DNA of 64,000 nt, taken from positions 128,001-192,000 of IMG/VR virus record IMGVR_UViG_3300050142_000050; one strand, 5' to 3'. Under the pieces are notes generated by a model, which was given only the letters and a program-made list of their open reading frames with translations, was not told where the DNA came from and searched no databases. This DNA comes from a virus. Taxonomy: Duplodnaviria > Caudoviricetes. How positions within the stretch are numbered: the first letter of the stretch is position 1; every line of letters begins with the position of its first letter. Shown here piece by piece: positions 9,814 to 17,940 of this stretch. The translations under genes and the position numbers were made by a program.

Positions 9814-11979
9814 ATGACTTACTTTAGAGAAGCTGATTACAGCGATGTCAGAGCACGTCCTAAACTGCTCACCAACTATGTCGAATCCCTCAAGACACAC
9901 CTATGTCTGATGCATCCCAATGAGAAACCGGATGTCATCGAGGGTTTCATCAAGAACATGGTCCGGGAGAAGATGATCGTCCCGGATATCAACTTCGTAC
10001 ACCACCCAAGAGAGGGTATCAGCGAAGTTAAGGATATGAAGCTTACAGAGTTTGTACCCAAGATTGTCGCTGACAACAATCTGTCACCTTCGGGTACGAT
10101 GTATTACCCTGTGTCCAAGAAGGAGTCTTTCCTCCGACAGTCATTGGTGGAAAAGGTAGCAGAGCGCAATAAGTACAAGCATCTCTACCTCGACAATGAA
10201 GCCCAGGGTAACGTCCGTGAGGCTCAGTATTACTACCACTCTCAGGCTAATGCGAAGATCTTCAATAATGCCATCGCAGGCGGTATGAACATCATCCACT
10301 TCATCCTGGGATGTAAAGCAGGTTTCAATGCGATTACCTCGATCGGCCGTATGTGCGTGAAGCAAGGTTATAGCTTCATCGAACGTGCATTGGTGGGTAA
10401 CATCTATCTTCCCACCAACGAGTCGGTGGTTTCATATATCGTGACGGCTATCCGTCATATCCACCCTGACTTCGAAGCCATGCTTGCGCAGTACAACATC
10501 TATCTGCCTACAGCTGAAGATGTGTTTAAGTATCTGACCAAGTCCCTCCTGCATTATACCTTCAAGGTAGACCATGCTCTGGTGATGGGAACCATCCAAG
10601 CTCTTAACGCCACACAACGCGCCTATGTGTTCTATCTGGGTGCATTGAGTAACATGTGCCGTTTCAATCCAGAACTGATGCGCAAATTAATCGATGATTG
10701 TTTTGTACATGGTGATATCACTGAAGCGATGTACGAGCAGTTCAAACCTGAAGATGTCAAATCCTTCCGAGGAGACATCGTGGCTGCTGTACTCTCGGTG
10801 AACTACTCTGTCTTGGGTACCAAGGGAATGAAGGATGGTAAACCCCTCTATAACTCCCTCAAGGATGCCAAGGAGTCCAACCCTACTGGGCTCAGGGTGT
10901 TTGCTTACTGCTGTCAGACATTCAAAGATGGGTTCGAAAAGATGGTCCCCATCCTAAAACCCATCCTTCAAATCAAATCCACATTTGCTAAGATGACCTT
11001 CCAGGATAGGATTGCTCGTGAAGCAGTCATCCTCTCGGACACCGACAGTAACATCTATACAGCACAAGAAATCGTACAGTGGAAACGTGGTGGTCAGGAC
11101 TTCTCACAGGAGTCCTACCAAATGAATGCTCTTGCTACTTACATCCTCTCACAATCGTTGGAGCATGTTTTTGCCAGACTCTCAGCAGGCTTTGGGGTAG
11201 AGTCCAATGACGTATACATGATCTCGATGAAGAACGAGTTCCTGTATCCTGTCTTGGTATCGACGAGTCTTGCTAAGCACTATCTGGCAATCGCCACTAT
11301 GCAGGAAGGTTCACTCCTACCTTCTCCTAGAAGGGACATCAAAGGTGTGGGCTTTAGATCCTCTGCTTATCCCAAGAAGGTGAAGCAAGGCTTTGAAGAC
11401 TTCTATGTGAAGTTTGTAGAGATGGTCATGAGTGGTGCTCCCATTTATGCATCCTATCTCCTCGACCATGTGGCGAAACTGGAACGAGAAATCGAACGAT
11501 CAATTCGGGATCGTGAGTCCGACTATCTCCAGACGGTGGCTGTACGTCTCAAGGAAGACTATGAGGAACCTGAGTCCTCTAACTACTTCTACCACATTTT
11601 GTGGAATGAGGTATTCGCACAGGACTTTGGAGAAATGGTCCTCCCCAACAAATGCTTCAAGATCCCTCTCTTGGGTGGTGATAAGTTCATAAAGAACAAG
11701 GCACTCCACAAGTTGATCGCAGATAAGTATCCAGAGATCTGGAAACGACTCTCTGCTTTCATGGAGAGGAACCCACAGCGTAAGTTCTCCTCATTCCTCA
11801 TACCTCCCTTCAAGGGAAGTACCAATGAGTTCTTCATGGATGTGATGGACATGAGGTCTCATATTTCACAAGCACTGACTTCCTACTACCATCTTCTCGA
11901 TGGTCTGGGTATCGGTACTGTGGATAGGCGTCAGGAGAGCCTGGTATCTGACTATTACAAACCTTCTGGTCAGTGGTGA
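9814..11979 (+). CDS. Family B DNA polymerase, palm/fingers subunit (phiKZ gp82-like split polymerase)
   Basis: QANAKIFNNAIAG (region III), LSDTDS (region I), IKGVGF. No exonuclease domain. Start 9814 has SD AGGA. Confidence 0.85.
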   Translation: MTYFREADYSDVRARPKLLTNYVESLKTHLCLMHPNEKPDVIEGFIKNMVREKMIVPDINFVHHPREGISEVKDMKLTEFVPKIVADNNLSPSGTMYYPVSKKESFLRQSLVEKVAERNKYKHLYLDNEAQGNVREAQYYYHSQANAKIFNNAIAGGMNIIHFILGCKAGFNAITSIGRMCVKQGYSFIERALVGNIYLPTNESVVSYIVTAIRHIHPDFEAMLAQYNIYLPTAEDVFKYLTKSLLHYTFKVDHALVMGTIQALNATQRAYVFYLGALSNMCRFNPELMRKLIDDCFVHGDITEAMYEQFKPEDVKSFRGDIVAAVLSVNYSVLGTKGMKDGKPLYNSLKDAKESNPTGLRVFAYCCQTFKDGFEKMVPILKPILQIKSTFAKMTFQDRIAREAVILSDTDSNIYTAQEIVQWKRGGQDFSQESYQMNALATYILSQSLEHVFARLSAGFGVESNDVYMISMKNEFLYPVLVSTSLAKHYLAIATMQEGSLLPSPRRDIKGVGFRSSAYPKKVKQGFEDFYVKFVEMVMSGAPIYASYLLDHVAKLEREIERSIRDRESDYLQTVAVRLKEDYEEPESSNYFYHILWNEVFAQDFGEMVLPNKCFKIPLLGGDKFIKNKALHKLIADKYPEIWKRLSAFMERNPQRKFSSFLIPPFKGSTNEFFMDVMDMRSHISQALTSYYHLLDGLGIGTVDRRQESLVSDYYKPSGQW

Positions 11980-12042
11980 GAGATGGGTCCATCTGGACCC
12001 ATCTCTATCCTATGTCACATCACTCTAGCAGGAATTGTCCTT

Positions 12043-12417
12043 ATGTCCGAACCATCCGGCGAGATAGAAACTACCCAAGGAGGGGGTAGTGACCATGATG
12101 CCAAATTCGATCGTCTGTGTAACGCATTCGATTCTCTGGTAGAACGCATGGATCGAGATCGAGATGCGATCTTCGCACAGCTCGAGCAGATGAACGATCA
12201 TCATCATAAAACTCAGACAAAAATTGTCGAAGAGTTCAGCAGTGCAATCAGCACTCTGCGAGAAGGACAACGATCCATCGATGAGAATCAATCCAAGATT
12301 CTCTCCTCACAGGGCATGTTTGTGGGTGTGGTGGTGATTGCTGTGGCATTGGTGGTATCGAGTGTTAAGGGCGTACTCGAGATCATCTTCGATGTGTTCG
12401 ATATATTTGGACGATAA
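12043..12417 (+). CDS. Coiled-coil protein with a C-terminal transmembrane helix (124 aa)
   Basis: ATG 12043 with SD AGGA. Hydrophobic segment MFVGVVVIAVALVVSSV. Confidence 0.6.
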   Translation: MSEPSGEIETTQGGGSDHDAKFDRLCNAFDSLVERMDRDRDAIFAQLEQMNDHHHKTQTKIVEEFSSAISTLREGQRSIDENQSKILSSQGMFVGVVVIAVALVVSSVKGVLEIIFDVFDIFGR

Positions 12418-12461
12418 AAGAGATGTATAGGGAGTGGCCAGATGGCCACTCCCTATATAAC

Positions 12462-13514
12462 TTATGCTGCTTTCTGACCAGCCTCTTCGGCCTGCTTCTT
12501 GAGCTTGCGACGAGTGACCTTATGGATATTCTTGACCAGCATCGCAAAAGCACCGGCCATGAAGCCGATAGCAGCTGCACATATGACCAACACCGCCTTC
12601 AGTGCAAACCCGAGAGACTTACGGATGAGCTTGGCAGCGACACGACGCCACAGCTTCTGACGGAAGTCATTCTCGATTCGGGATGCCGCGATAGAAGCCA
12701 TAGTGAAACGCTTCGTGAGATTGGTCACGAAACTATTCCCCGCGAGGAAACCTCCTACCTTCTTCAGGAGTTCTCCCAGTTTCGATTTGAAATCAGTGAA
12801 GACCTTGGTGAGCGTTTCCTTGTTCCAACCCAAAGCCGAAGGGGTACCGACTTCCTTGAACACGCCGTCACCGCCATCGACTTCGATAGTACCGGTGAAG
12901 ACAGTCTCAGTGCCCTGCACCTTCACATCCACATTGACCTTGCGTCCTGGGAACTTGATATTGCGGAGCTTGTCACGCAGATCATAGAGGACCTTCTGGA
13001 GCATGTTCCCATTGGCATACTCTGTCTTGGTCATAGCCAGTGTAGTACCGACCACTGCGGTCAGTGCCACAATCGAACCGATCACTCGGATCGCAGTACC
13101 ATGGCCAGTACCATCGATCTTCTCATCGATCTTACCCTTCACACGAGCCAGTGCATCGATAGCCGGCTTCAGGAAGGTGCCGACAGTCTCAGTCGCCTTC
13201 TTGAAAGAAGTGATGAGTTTGGCGATACCACTGGCGATCCAATCGACCACTTTGTTGGCAGCCTTCTTCGCAGTATCTGCGATAGCCTGCATGATACCTT
13301 CCATGGCCATGATCTTCTCATGCTCACCCATGCTCTCGAGAGCCACACCCGATTCCAGGAGTGTCCCATAGGCAGTACCGGCCAGGAGACTATTGCGGAT
13401 GATGGTACCACGCAGGATGGAGGTCAACTCCTCATTGGGGAGAGTGTCCTCCAGATGGTAGAGGGTATCGAGTTTACGTTCGAGATCATCGATCCCAGGA
13501 CCTTTGGTGAACAT
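12462..13514 (-). CDS. Processed head/ejection protein, paralog family member (350 aa)
   Basis: Start moved to ATG 13514 (SD AAGGA). ALES and AMEG motifs, two hydrophobic segments, ALGWNKETL motif. Confidence 0.65.
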   Translation of the reverse strand: MFTKGPGIDDLERKLDTLYHLEDTLPNEELTSILRGTIIRNSLLAGTAYGTLLESGVALESMGEHEKIMAMEGIMQAIADTAKKAANKVVDWIASGIAKLITSFKKATETVGTFLKPAIDALARVKGKIDEKIDGTGHGTAIRVIGSIVALTAVVGTTLAMTKTEYANGNMLQKVLYDLRDKLRNIKFPGRKVNVDVKVQGTETVFTGTIEVDGGDGVFKEVGTPSALGWNKETLTKVFTDFKSKLGELLKKVGGFLAGNSFVTNLTKRFTMASIAASRIENDFRQKLWRRVAAKLIRKSLGFALKAVLVICAAAIGFMAGAFAMLVKNIHKVTRRKLKKQAEEAGQKAA

Positions 13515-13586
13515 GTCCGAATTCCTTGCCTGTGAGGGGGTGACTTTCATAAAATGTAATGGGAGAGGGGCGTAATGCCCCTCTCC

Positions 13587-14114
13587 TCAAATAGGGTCAT
13601 ACTTCCCATTCTTAATGGAACTATCGGTGAGCATACGTCGCGTCAGATCGGTAGCTAACTTGTCGGCCATGTCATTGAGTTTGTCTCCACTATGAGATTT
13701 CACCTTGACATAACGACATGACTTTAGCTTATCGATCTTTGCTCCGATCTCTCTGATGAGATCGGCATTCTTGATGGGCTCCCCATTGACCCCTATCCAT
13801 CCACGCTTAGCCCACATCTTCCTCCACACAAAGAGGGAAGCAAGCGTATAAGCACTGTCACTATAGATGACCACTGTCTCCAGATCAGGTAAATCCAGAG
13901 CATAGTTGACGGCCATCAATTCCATCTGGTTGATGGTAGCTCCACGGTGAGCATAGGCAGCAGTATGGACGATCTTCTTATTGATATCGTCCCACACTAC
14001 ATAAGCGCATGATGATGCATCGGGTCGTCTGTGCGATCCGTCAGTGTAAATGTGGACTACAGATGGAATCTTCTTGGGGAGATCTGCATCTTTGGTTTCC
14101 ATGGTGATCTCCAT
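13587..14114 (-). CDS. rnhA: Ribonuclease HI
   Basis: IYTDGS, TINQMELMAV, YSDSAY, IKNADL and VKSHSGDKLNDMADKLA give the full D-E-D-D/H catalytic set. Confidence 0.95.
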   Translation of the reverse strand: MEITMETKDADLPKKIPSVVHIYTDGSHRRPDASSCAYVVWDDINKKIVHTAAYAHRGATINQMELMAVNYALDLPDLETVVIYSDSAYTLASLFVWRKMWAKRGWIGVNGEPIKNADLIREIGAKIDKLKSCRYVKVKSHSGDKLNDMADKLATDLTRRMLTDSSIKNGKYDPI

Positions 14115-14153
14115 TCATTCTCTATCAAACCATGGTCGCCCTATAGGGAAAAT

Positions 14154-14197
14154 AAAACCAGAATCAATTATTTTCAACACTATATCACCACAGTGAA
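14154..14197 (+). promoter_or_regulatory. Putative early (virion-RNAP) promoter
   Basis: AAAACCAGAATCAA-N13-TATATCACCACAGTGAA. Near-identical copy at 17154. Core resembles the phiKZ early TATTAC motif. Confidence 0.65.
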
Positions 14198-14248
14198 GTT
14201 AAGGTAATGAATAGTTCGTTATCTCAATTTCATCAAGGAGAATGTCCC

Positions 14249-14458
14249 ATGAAGATTCTGCACAAGCTCTCGATGAAGGCCAACATCGCAACGCACTCGC
14301 TGATCTCGAGCACTAAGACTGTGGTGTCGTCCTACAAGAACGATCCCACGTTCCGCTCCAATGTGAACATGATGGGTATCGCCTTCATCTATGGCGCCGC
14401 GACATCACACAACTACCACACTCGCAAAGCCCGCAAGGCTGCGAAGAACAAAGCCTGA
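14249..14458 (+). CDS. Small early protein (69 aa)
   Basis: SD AAGGAG before ATG 14249. First gene after the early promoter. Confidence 0.7.
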   Translation: MKILHKLSMKANIATHSLISSTKTVVSSYKNDPTFRSNVNMMGIAFIYGAATSHNYHTRKARKAAKNKA

Positions 14459-14461
14459 TCA

Positions 14462-14516
14462 AACTGGCGTCCTACGTGGTGTGGGGATATTCCCCACACC
14501 ACTATTGAAATCAGTT
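14462..14516 (+). promoter_or_regulatory. Conserved intergenic RNA hairpin E1 (RNase III-like site)
   Basis: aactgg..tc-CTAC-[12-bp stem gtggtgtgggga/tccccacaccac]-TATT-ga..tcagtt. Confidence 0.6.
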
Positions 14517-14538
14517 ATACACCTCAAGGAGAATCAAC

Positions 14539-14727
14539 ATGTTTGGTATCAAGAAGGCTATAGTCAACGCCTCGCAAGTCAAGAATCACATCAGAGGTGA
14601 CATCGAACTCCGCATCAGAGCCACTGATGCATTTGCTGCCTTCGGTGAAGGCTTCGGTGTCGGTCTCATCGCATCGATCCCAGTAGCGATCGCATTCATC
14701 ACCATCGCCAAGAAAGCCATCAAGTGA
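14539..14727 (+). CDS. Small membrane protein (62 aa)
   Basis: SD AAGGAG. C-terminal Gly-rich TM segment (GFGVGLIASIPVAIAFITIA) followed by KKAIK. Confidence 0.7.
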   Translation: MFGIKKAIVNASQVKNHIRGDIELRIRATDAFAAFGEGFGVGLIASIPVAIAFITIAKKAIK

Positions 14728-14781
14728 CTATCTTCCTACGGACTGTGATCTTGTCCTAATCACAGTCCTATTGAACATAGT
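14727..14781 (+). promoter_or_regulatory. Conserved intergenic RNA hairpin E2
   Basis: actat-c-ttc-CTAC-[10-bp stem ggactgtgat/atcacagtcc]-TATT-gaa-c-atagt. Confidence 0.6.
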
Positions 14782-14805
14782 TATCAAAAATCAAGGAGAA
14801 CACCC

Positions 14806-15237
14806 ATGTCCACCATCGCCTGCTTCTCACCCAAGATCGTCCGTCAGGGTAATAAGCATATCGTTATCATGAACCCCTTCGCGAAGCCCGCTAATGTGGG
14901 TCGTCGATTCGTCGAAACAATCGGATACACCGAAACGAAGGATCTCCTCTCGCTCAACTCGTACGATATCGAAGAGCGTGAGTTCGAATACTTCTCGCCC
15001 TCCTACCAGTACGCTTATGCTGAGTTTATGGAGCGTCCGGATGCTAAGGAGATCCTGGGTCGTATCATTGAAAATGCTATCCACCTCAACGCCAAAGAAG
15101 CTCGTGCTCACATGACTCACAACAACGCCAGTGAACCGATATACAACACCGACTGGTCGCAGTTCACGATCTCGATCGACACTCTCTACCAGATCCATGC
15201 ACAGACTGCCGAAATGGTAGTCGACTCATTCAAGTAA
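14806..15237 (+). CDS. Early hypothetical soluble protein (143 aa)
   Basis: SD AAGGAG. Codon pattern like highly expressed genes. Confidence 0.75.
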   Translation: MSTIACFSPKIVRQGNKHIVIMNPFAKPANVGRRFVETIGYTETKDLLSLNSYDIEEREFEYFSPSYQYAYAEFMERPDAKEILGRIIENAIHLNAKEARAHMTHNNASEPIYNTDWSQFTISIDTLYQIHAQTAEMVVDSFK

Positions 15238-15239
15238 AC

Positions 15240-15291
15240 ACTATTTTCCTACGTACTGCGGGTATTAACCCGCAGTACTATTGAGCATAGT
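15240..15291 (+). promoter_or_regulatory. Conserved intergenic RNA hairpin E3
   Basis: actat-t-ttc-CTAC-[10-bp stem gtactgcggg/cccgcagtac]-TATT-gag-c-atagt. Confidence 0.6.
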
Positions 15292-15305
15292 TTAAGGAGG
15301 TCCTT

Positions 15306-15668
15306 ATGAACTTCATCATTCATACCGTTGTGGCCATGTTTATCACTCAGCTAATTATGGTAGTCTTCACCTTCTCGAAATTGACACGTCCGTACAAGGA
15401 CATCCCACTCAAGAACAAGGTGATCTTTGTCCTGGCCAACGTCGGCGTACTGCTGACCCTATCTACGCCGATTCTGATCTTCGCTTTGACGAAGGTTCTG
15501 TTTCTCGGGGTCGTTGCGATTATCGCGTCATTCACTGTATTTTCAGTCGTCATCGTAATGGATGTCGCGGGTCATGACCTGGGCGTTGATGTGAAATCAG
15601 ATTTGATGCGTTGCAACCGCATCTCGTACATTCTCAGCTGCGCATCATTCGGTCTCATCGGCCGGTAA
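15306..15668 (+). CDS. Multi-pass membrane protein (120 aa)
   Basis: SD AAGGAGGT. Three to four hydrophobic helices. Confidence 0.75.
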   Translation: MNFIIHTVVAMFITQLIMVVFTFSKLTRPYKDIPLKNKVIFVLANVGVLLTLSTPILIFALTKVLFLGVVAIIASFTVFSVVIVMDVAGHDLGVDVKSDLMRCNRISYILSCASFGLIGR

Positions 15669-15693
15669 CCCAACTCCAATAAGGAATATCACC

Positions 15694-16056
15694 ATGTCTC
15701 ACCCTGACGTCGACCTGCGCACTGCGCGTGATGTATTCGGCAAACATGCCAAATCGATCTTCAACAAGGAAACCTATTATCCTTCGATCGATGAGAAGAC
15801 AGCTTCTCGCTCGGGTATTCCCGAATGCGATCGTGTCCTCTTCAACAAGTTGACCAAGCGGATCATCGATGATCCCGATTGCGATATCACTAAGGCTGAG
15901 CTGGCGGTCTTCATGTCCGTCCGTAAGACCTTTCCTGAGATCGGTGTCGAAATCGACTACATCGTCAAGACCAACAAGTATCGCAAGCCCATACTGGGCG
16001 GTATCATCGGAACCCTGATTACGGCCGTGGGTGTCCTGGCCTTCATCAATCGCTGA
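15694..16056 (+). CDS. Tail-anchored protein (120 aa)
   Basis: SD AAGGA. C-terminal ILGGIIGTLITAVGVLAFI-NR. Confidence 0.75.
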   Translation: MSHPDVDLRTARDVFGKHAKSIFNKETYYPSIDEKTASRSGIPECDRVLFNKLTKRIIDDPDCDITKAELAVFMSVRKTFPEIGVEIDYIVKTNKYRKPILGGIIGTLITAVGVLAFINR

Positions 16057-16102
16057 CCTCTTACATGGGTAGGAATATTCCTACCCATCATTGAGCTCAA
16101 TG
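16051..16102 (+). promoter_or_regulatory. Conserved intergenic RNA hairpin E4
   Basis: tga-c-ctc-TTAC-[palindrome atgggtaggaatattcctacccat]-CATT-gag-c-tca. Confidence 0.6.
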
Positions 16103-16126
16103 AAAAGCTCTCCAAGGAGAATACAC

Positions 16127-16306
16127 ATGTCTGACAACAATACCAACAAAGAGTCCATCGAGTCCATCCGCGAAAAGACCCAGCTCTATGAAAAGCTGGC
16201 TGAAGCTCATCGCGAAAAGCGCCAGCTCAAGGAAGAGGTCGCCAAGGGCACCATCCTGACGGCAGTCGCATGCTCGCTCTATTTCATCTTCGGTCTCAAG
16301 AAGTAA
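16127..16306 (+). CDS. Tail-anchored microprotein (59 aa)
   Basis: SD AAGGAG. Charged helix followed by TILTAVACSLYFIFGL-KK. Confidence 0.7.
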   Translation: MSDNNTNKESIESIREKTQLYEKLAEAHREKRQLKEEVAKGTILTAVACSLYFIFGLKK

Positions 16307-16320
16307 GAAAGGTTTTCACC

Positions 16321-16500
16321 ATGACCCCCCAGAACAATCAGTCGGAACTCGACATCGCCAACGAAAAGCTCGAAAAGGCCAAGGCCGCTTTCACCGAAGC
16401 CGCTTCTGACAGCGAGCGCACCTCCAAGCGCGAAGTGGTGGCCGGCGCTGCTTCGATCACGGCCTTCGGGATCCTGATCTATCGGGCCTTCTTCTCGTAA
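16321..16500 (+). CDS. Tail-anchored microprotein (59 aa)
   Basis: SD AAAGG. Charged helix followed by VVAGAASITAFGILIY. Confidence 0.7.
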   Translation: MTPQNNQSELDIANEKLEKAKAAFTEAASDSERTSKREVVAGAASITAFGILIYRAFFS

Positions 16501-16502
16501 CA

Positions 16503-16556
16503 ACATTCCTCTTACATGCATAGGGGCATTTGTCCCTATGCATCGTTGAGTGATGT
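16503..16556 (+). promoter_or_regulatory. Conserved intergenic RNA hairpin E5
   Basis: acatt-c-ctc-TTAC-[10-bp stem atgcataggg/ccctatgcat]-CGTT-gag-t-gatgt. Confidence 0.6.
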
Positions 16557-16575
16557 AACAACTCAGGAGTGAAAA

Positions 16576-16740
16576 ATGGATAACGAACAACTCAATGAAA
16601 TTGAAGAGCATGACCGCTACAACAAAGCAGCCATTCGCTTCAACACCACACTCGACGCCGCCGGCGCGGTACTGATCACCGCCGCAGGTCTCTGTCTCTC
16701 CGCAATCGCGATTCTCGCGACCAAGCGAATTTCCAAGTGA
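16576..16740 (+). CDS. Tail-anchored microprotein (54 aa, not in ORF track)
   Basis: SD AGGAG. MDNEQLNEIEEHDRYNKAAIRFNTTLDAAGAVLITAAGLCLSAIAILATKRISK. Confidence 0.65.
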   Translation: MDNEQLNEIEEHDRYNKAAIRFNTTLDAAGAVLITAAGLCLSAIAILATKRISK

Positions 16741-16748
16741 GGACTACC

Positions 16749-16880
16749 ATGGACAACAACGAACCCGCCTACACCCCCGAGCAGCTCAACTCCAAGACCG
16801 CGGCGATCTACATCGGTGCCGCATGGGGAGCGATCTGCTTCGCCATCGGATACTTCGGTGTCCGCGTCATCAATAAGTAA
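16749..16880 (+). CDS. Tail-anchored microprotein (43 aa, not in ORF track)
   Basis: SD GAGGA. MDNNEPAYTPEQLNSKTAAIYIGAAWGAICFAIGYFGVRVINK. Confidence 0.65.
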   Translation: MDNNEPAYTPEQLNSKTAAIYIGAAWGAICFAIGYFGVRVINK

Positions 16881-16896
16881 TCGGAGAGGATTACAC

Positions 16897-17025
16897 ATGG
16901 AAGATCGTGCAGAAGAAAAAGCTCCCAATCCCGACAACCGGGACAAGGAGTTCGTCCTGGGGCTGGGTAGTGTGGTAGCACTCCTCGCATCCATCGTTTG
17001 TCTCACCTCGGTATTGCGGAGTTAA
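16897..17025 (+). CDS. Tail-anchored microprotein (42 aa)
   Basis: SD GAGGA. MEDRAEEKAPNPDNRDKEFVLGLGSVVALLASIVCLTSVLRS. Confidence 0.65.
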   Translation: MEDRAEEKAPNPDNRDKEFVLGLGSVVALLASIVCLTSVLRS

Positions 17026-17030
17026 ATACC

Positions 17031-17150
17031 ATGGAAGAAGCACCAAAGAAGACCCTCGAGGTCGTCGTCAATGTCTCGAACAAGGCCGTGATCCTGGGTA
17101 GCCTGTCTGCCCTGGTGACTGGCGTGATCTACGGGATTCTCAATCGCTAG
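17031..17150 (+). CDS. Tail-anchored microprotein (39 aa, not in ORF track)
   Basis: SD GGAG. MEEAPKKTLEVVVNVSNKAVILGSLSALVTGVIYGILNR. Confidence 0.6.
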   Translation: MEEAPKKTLEVVVNVSNKAVILGSLSALVTGVIYGILNR

Positions 17151-17153
17151 ATC

Positions 17154-17197
17154 AAAACCAGAATCAAAAAATATCAACCTCATATCACAACTGTGAA
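17154..17197 (+). promoter_or_regulatory. Putative early promoter, second copy
   Basis: AAAACCAGAATCAA-N13-CATATCACAACTGTGAA, same spacing as the 14154 copy. Confidence 0.65.
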
Positions 17198-17249
17198 TGG
17201 GGAAAACAATCCTGTTCTTTTCAATCATCTTTTTTGAGTGGAGCTCAAC

Positions 17250-17609
17250 ATGTCTATCACCAACAACGATTCCGCCGACCTGAACAACAACGGCGACAAC
17301 AACAGCCGTGCCAACAAGAAGGTCGAGTCGAAGACCACGACCGCCAAGAGCGAAGACGGCTCGAAGACCACCACCACGACGGTGGAAACCGAAACCGAAG
17401 TCAAGCCCGGTCTGTTCGGTCGTCTCTTCGGCACCATCGCCCGCAACCCCGTCAAGTCGACCGTCGTGGTCGCTGCTGTGGGCACGGGTGCATACTTCGG
17501 CTACAAGCACTTCCAGTCGGCCGGCGAAGTCGTCGTGGCCACCTCGGATGTCGTCGAAGAATCGGCTGAAGTGGCCGTCGAAACCGCGGCTGCCTTCTTC
17601 GGCCGCTGA
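17250..17609 (+). CDS. Early protein with Asn/Thr-rich N-terminus and a central hydrophobic helix (119 aa)
   Basis: SD GGAG before ATG 17250. TVVVAAVGTGAYFGY segment. Strongly biased codons. Confidence 0.75.
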   Translation: MSITNNDSADLNNNGDNNSRANKKVESKTTTAKSEDGSKTTTTTVETETEVKPGLFGRLFGTIARNPVKSTVVVAAVGTGAYFGYKHFQSAGEVVVATSDVVEESAEVAVETAAAFFGR

Positions 17610-17660
17610 TACCTCTACCACAATAACCGTGGGTCGCATCACTAATAGGAGGTAATCGAC

Positions 17661-17723
17661 ATGATTGCCATGATGATCAATCTGCTGATGAAAACCTCTT
17701 CGGTTATCACCGGTAAGAAATAA
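17661..17723 (+). CDS. 20-aa hydrophobic micropeptide
   Basis: Perfect SD AGGAGGT. MIAMMINLLMKTSSVITGKK. Confidence 0.5.
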   Translation: MIAMMINLLMKTSSVITGKK

Positions 17724-17733
17724 GGAACGAACG

Positions 17734-17856
17734 ATGGAGAAGACTTCCTCTATTGTCGGAACCATCGTCGTATTCGGCCTCGCCATTTATGGCGCGATCG
17801 ATTTGGGCTACAAGATCCTCACGATGTCGCGCAAGCTCAGCGAATACGACGAGTGA
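17734..17856 (+). CDS. Single-TM microprotein (40 aa)
   Basis: SD AAGGA. MEKTSSIVGTIVVFGLAIYGAIDLGYKILTMSRKLSEYDE. Confidence 0.6.
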   Translation: MEKTSSIVGTIVVFGLAIYGAIDLGYKILTMSRKLSEYDE

Positions 17857-17861
17857 TAGAG

Positions 17862-17903
17862 TGGTGGGGGCATATGCCCCCACCACCTTATCCTTTATTT
17901 TTT
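17862..17903 (+). terminator. Intrinsic terminator ending the early operon
   Basis: GC stem gtggtggggcat/atgccccaccac (G/C runs approximate) followed by a T-rich tract. Confidence 0.7.
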
Positions 17904-17940
17904 GTCTTCATTGTATGTCACCCGATAGAGGGAACCTATA

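Noticed and set aside
13587-14114. RNase H plus hairpins as a retron or reverse-transcription system
   Set aside because: No reverse transcriptase in the window, and RNase HI is a common replication gene in phiKZ-like phages.
14462-16556. Hairpin elements as a CRISPR array
   Set aside because: Repeats are not identical, and the intervening DNA is whole genes of 200-800 nt rather than spacers. No cas genes.
14462-16556. Hairpin elements as integron attC sites or IS200/IS605 ends (GTTRRRY-like, TTAC/TTGA flanks)
   Set aside because: The 5' flank is not the complementary RYYYAAC, G-U pairs favour a top-strand RNA fold, and no integrase or HUH transposase is in the window. Kept only as a minor alternative.
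14154-17197. The two promoter copies are exactly 3000 bp apart
   Set aside because: No mechanism links to the spacing, so it is treated as coincidence.
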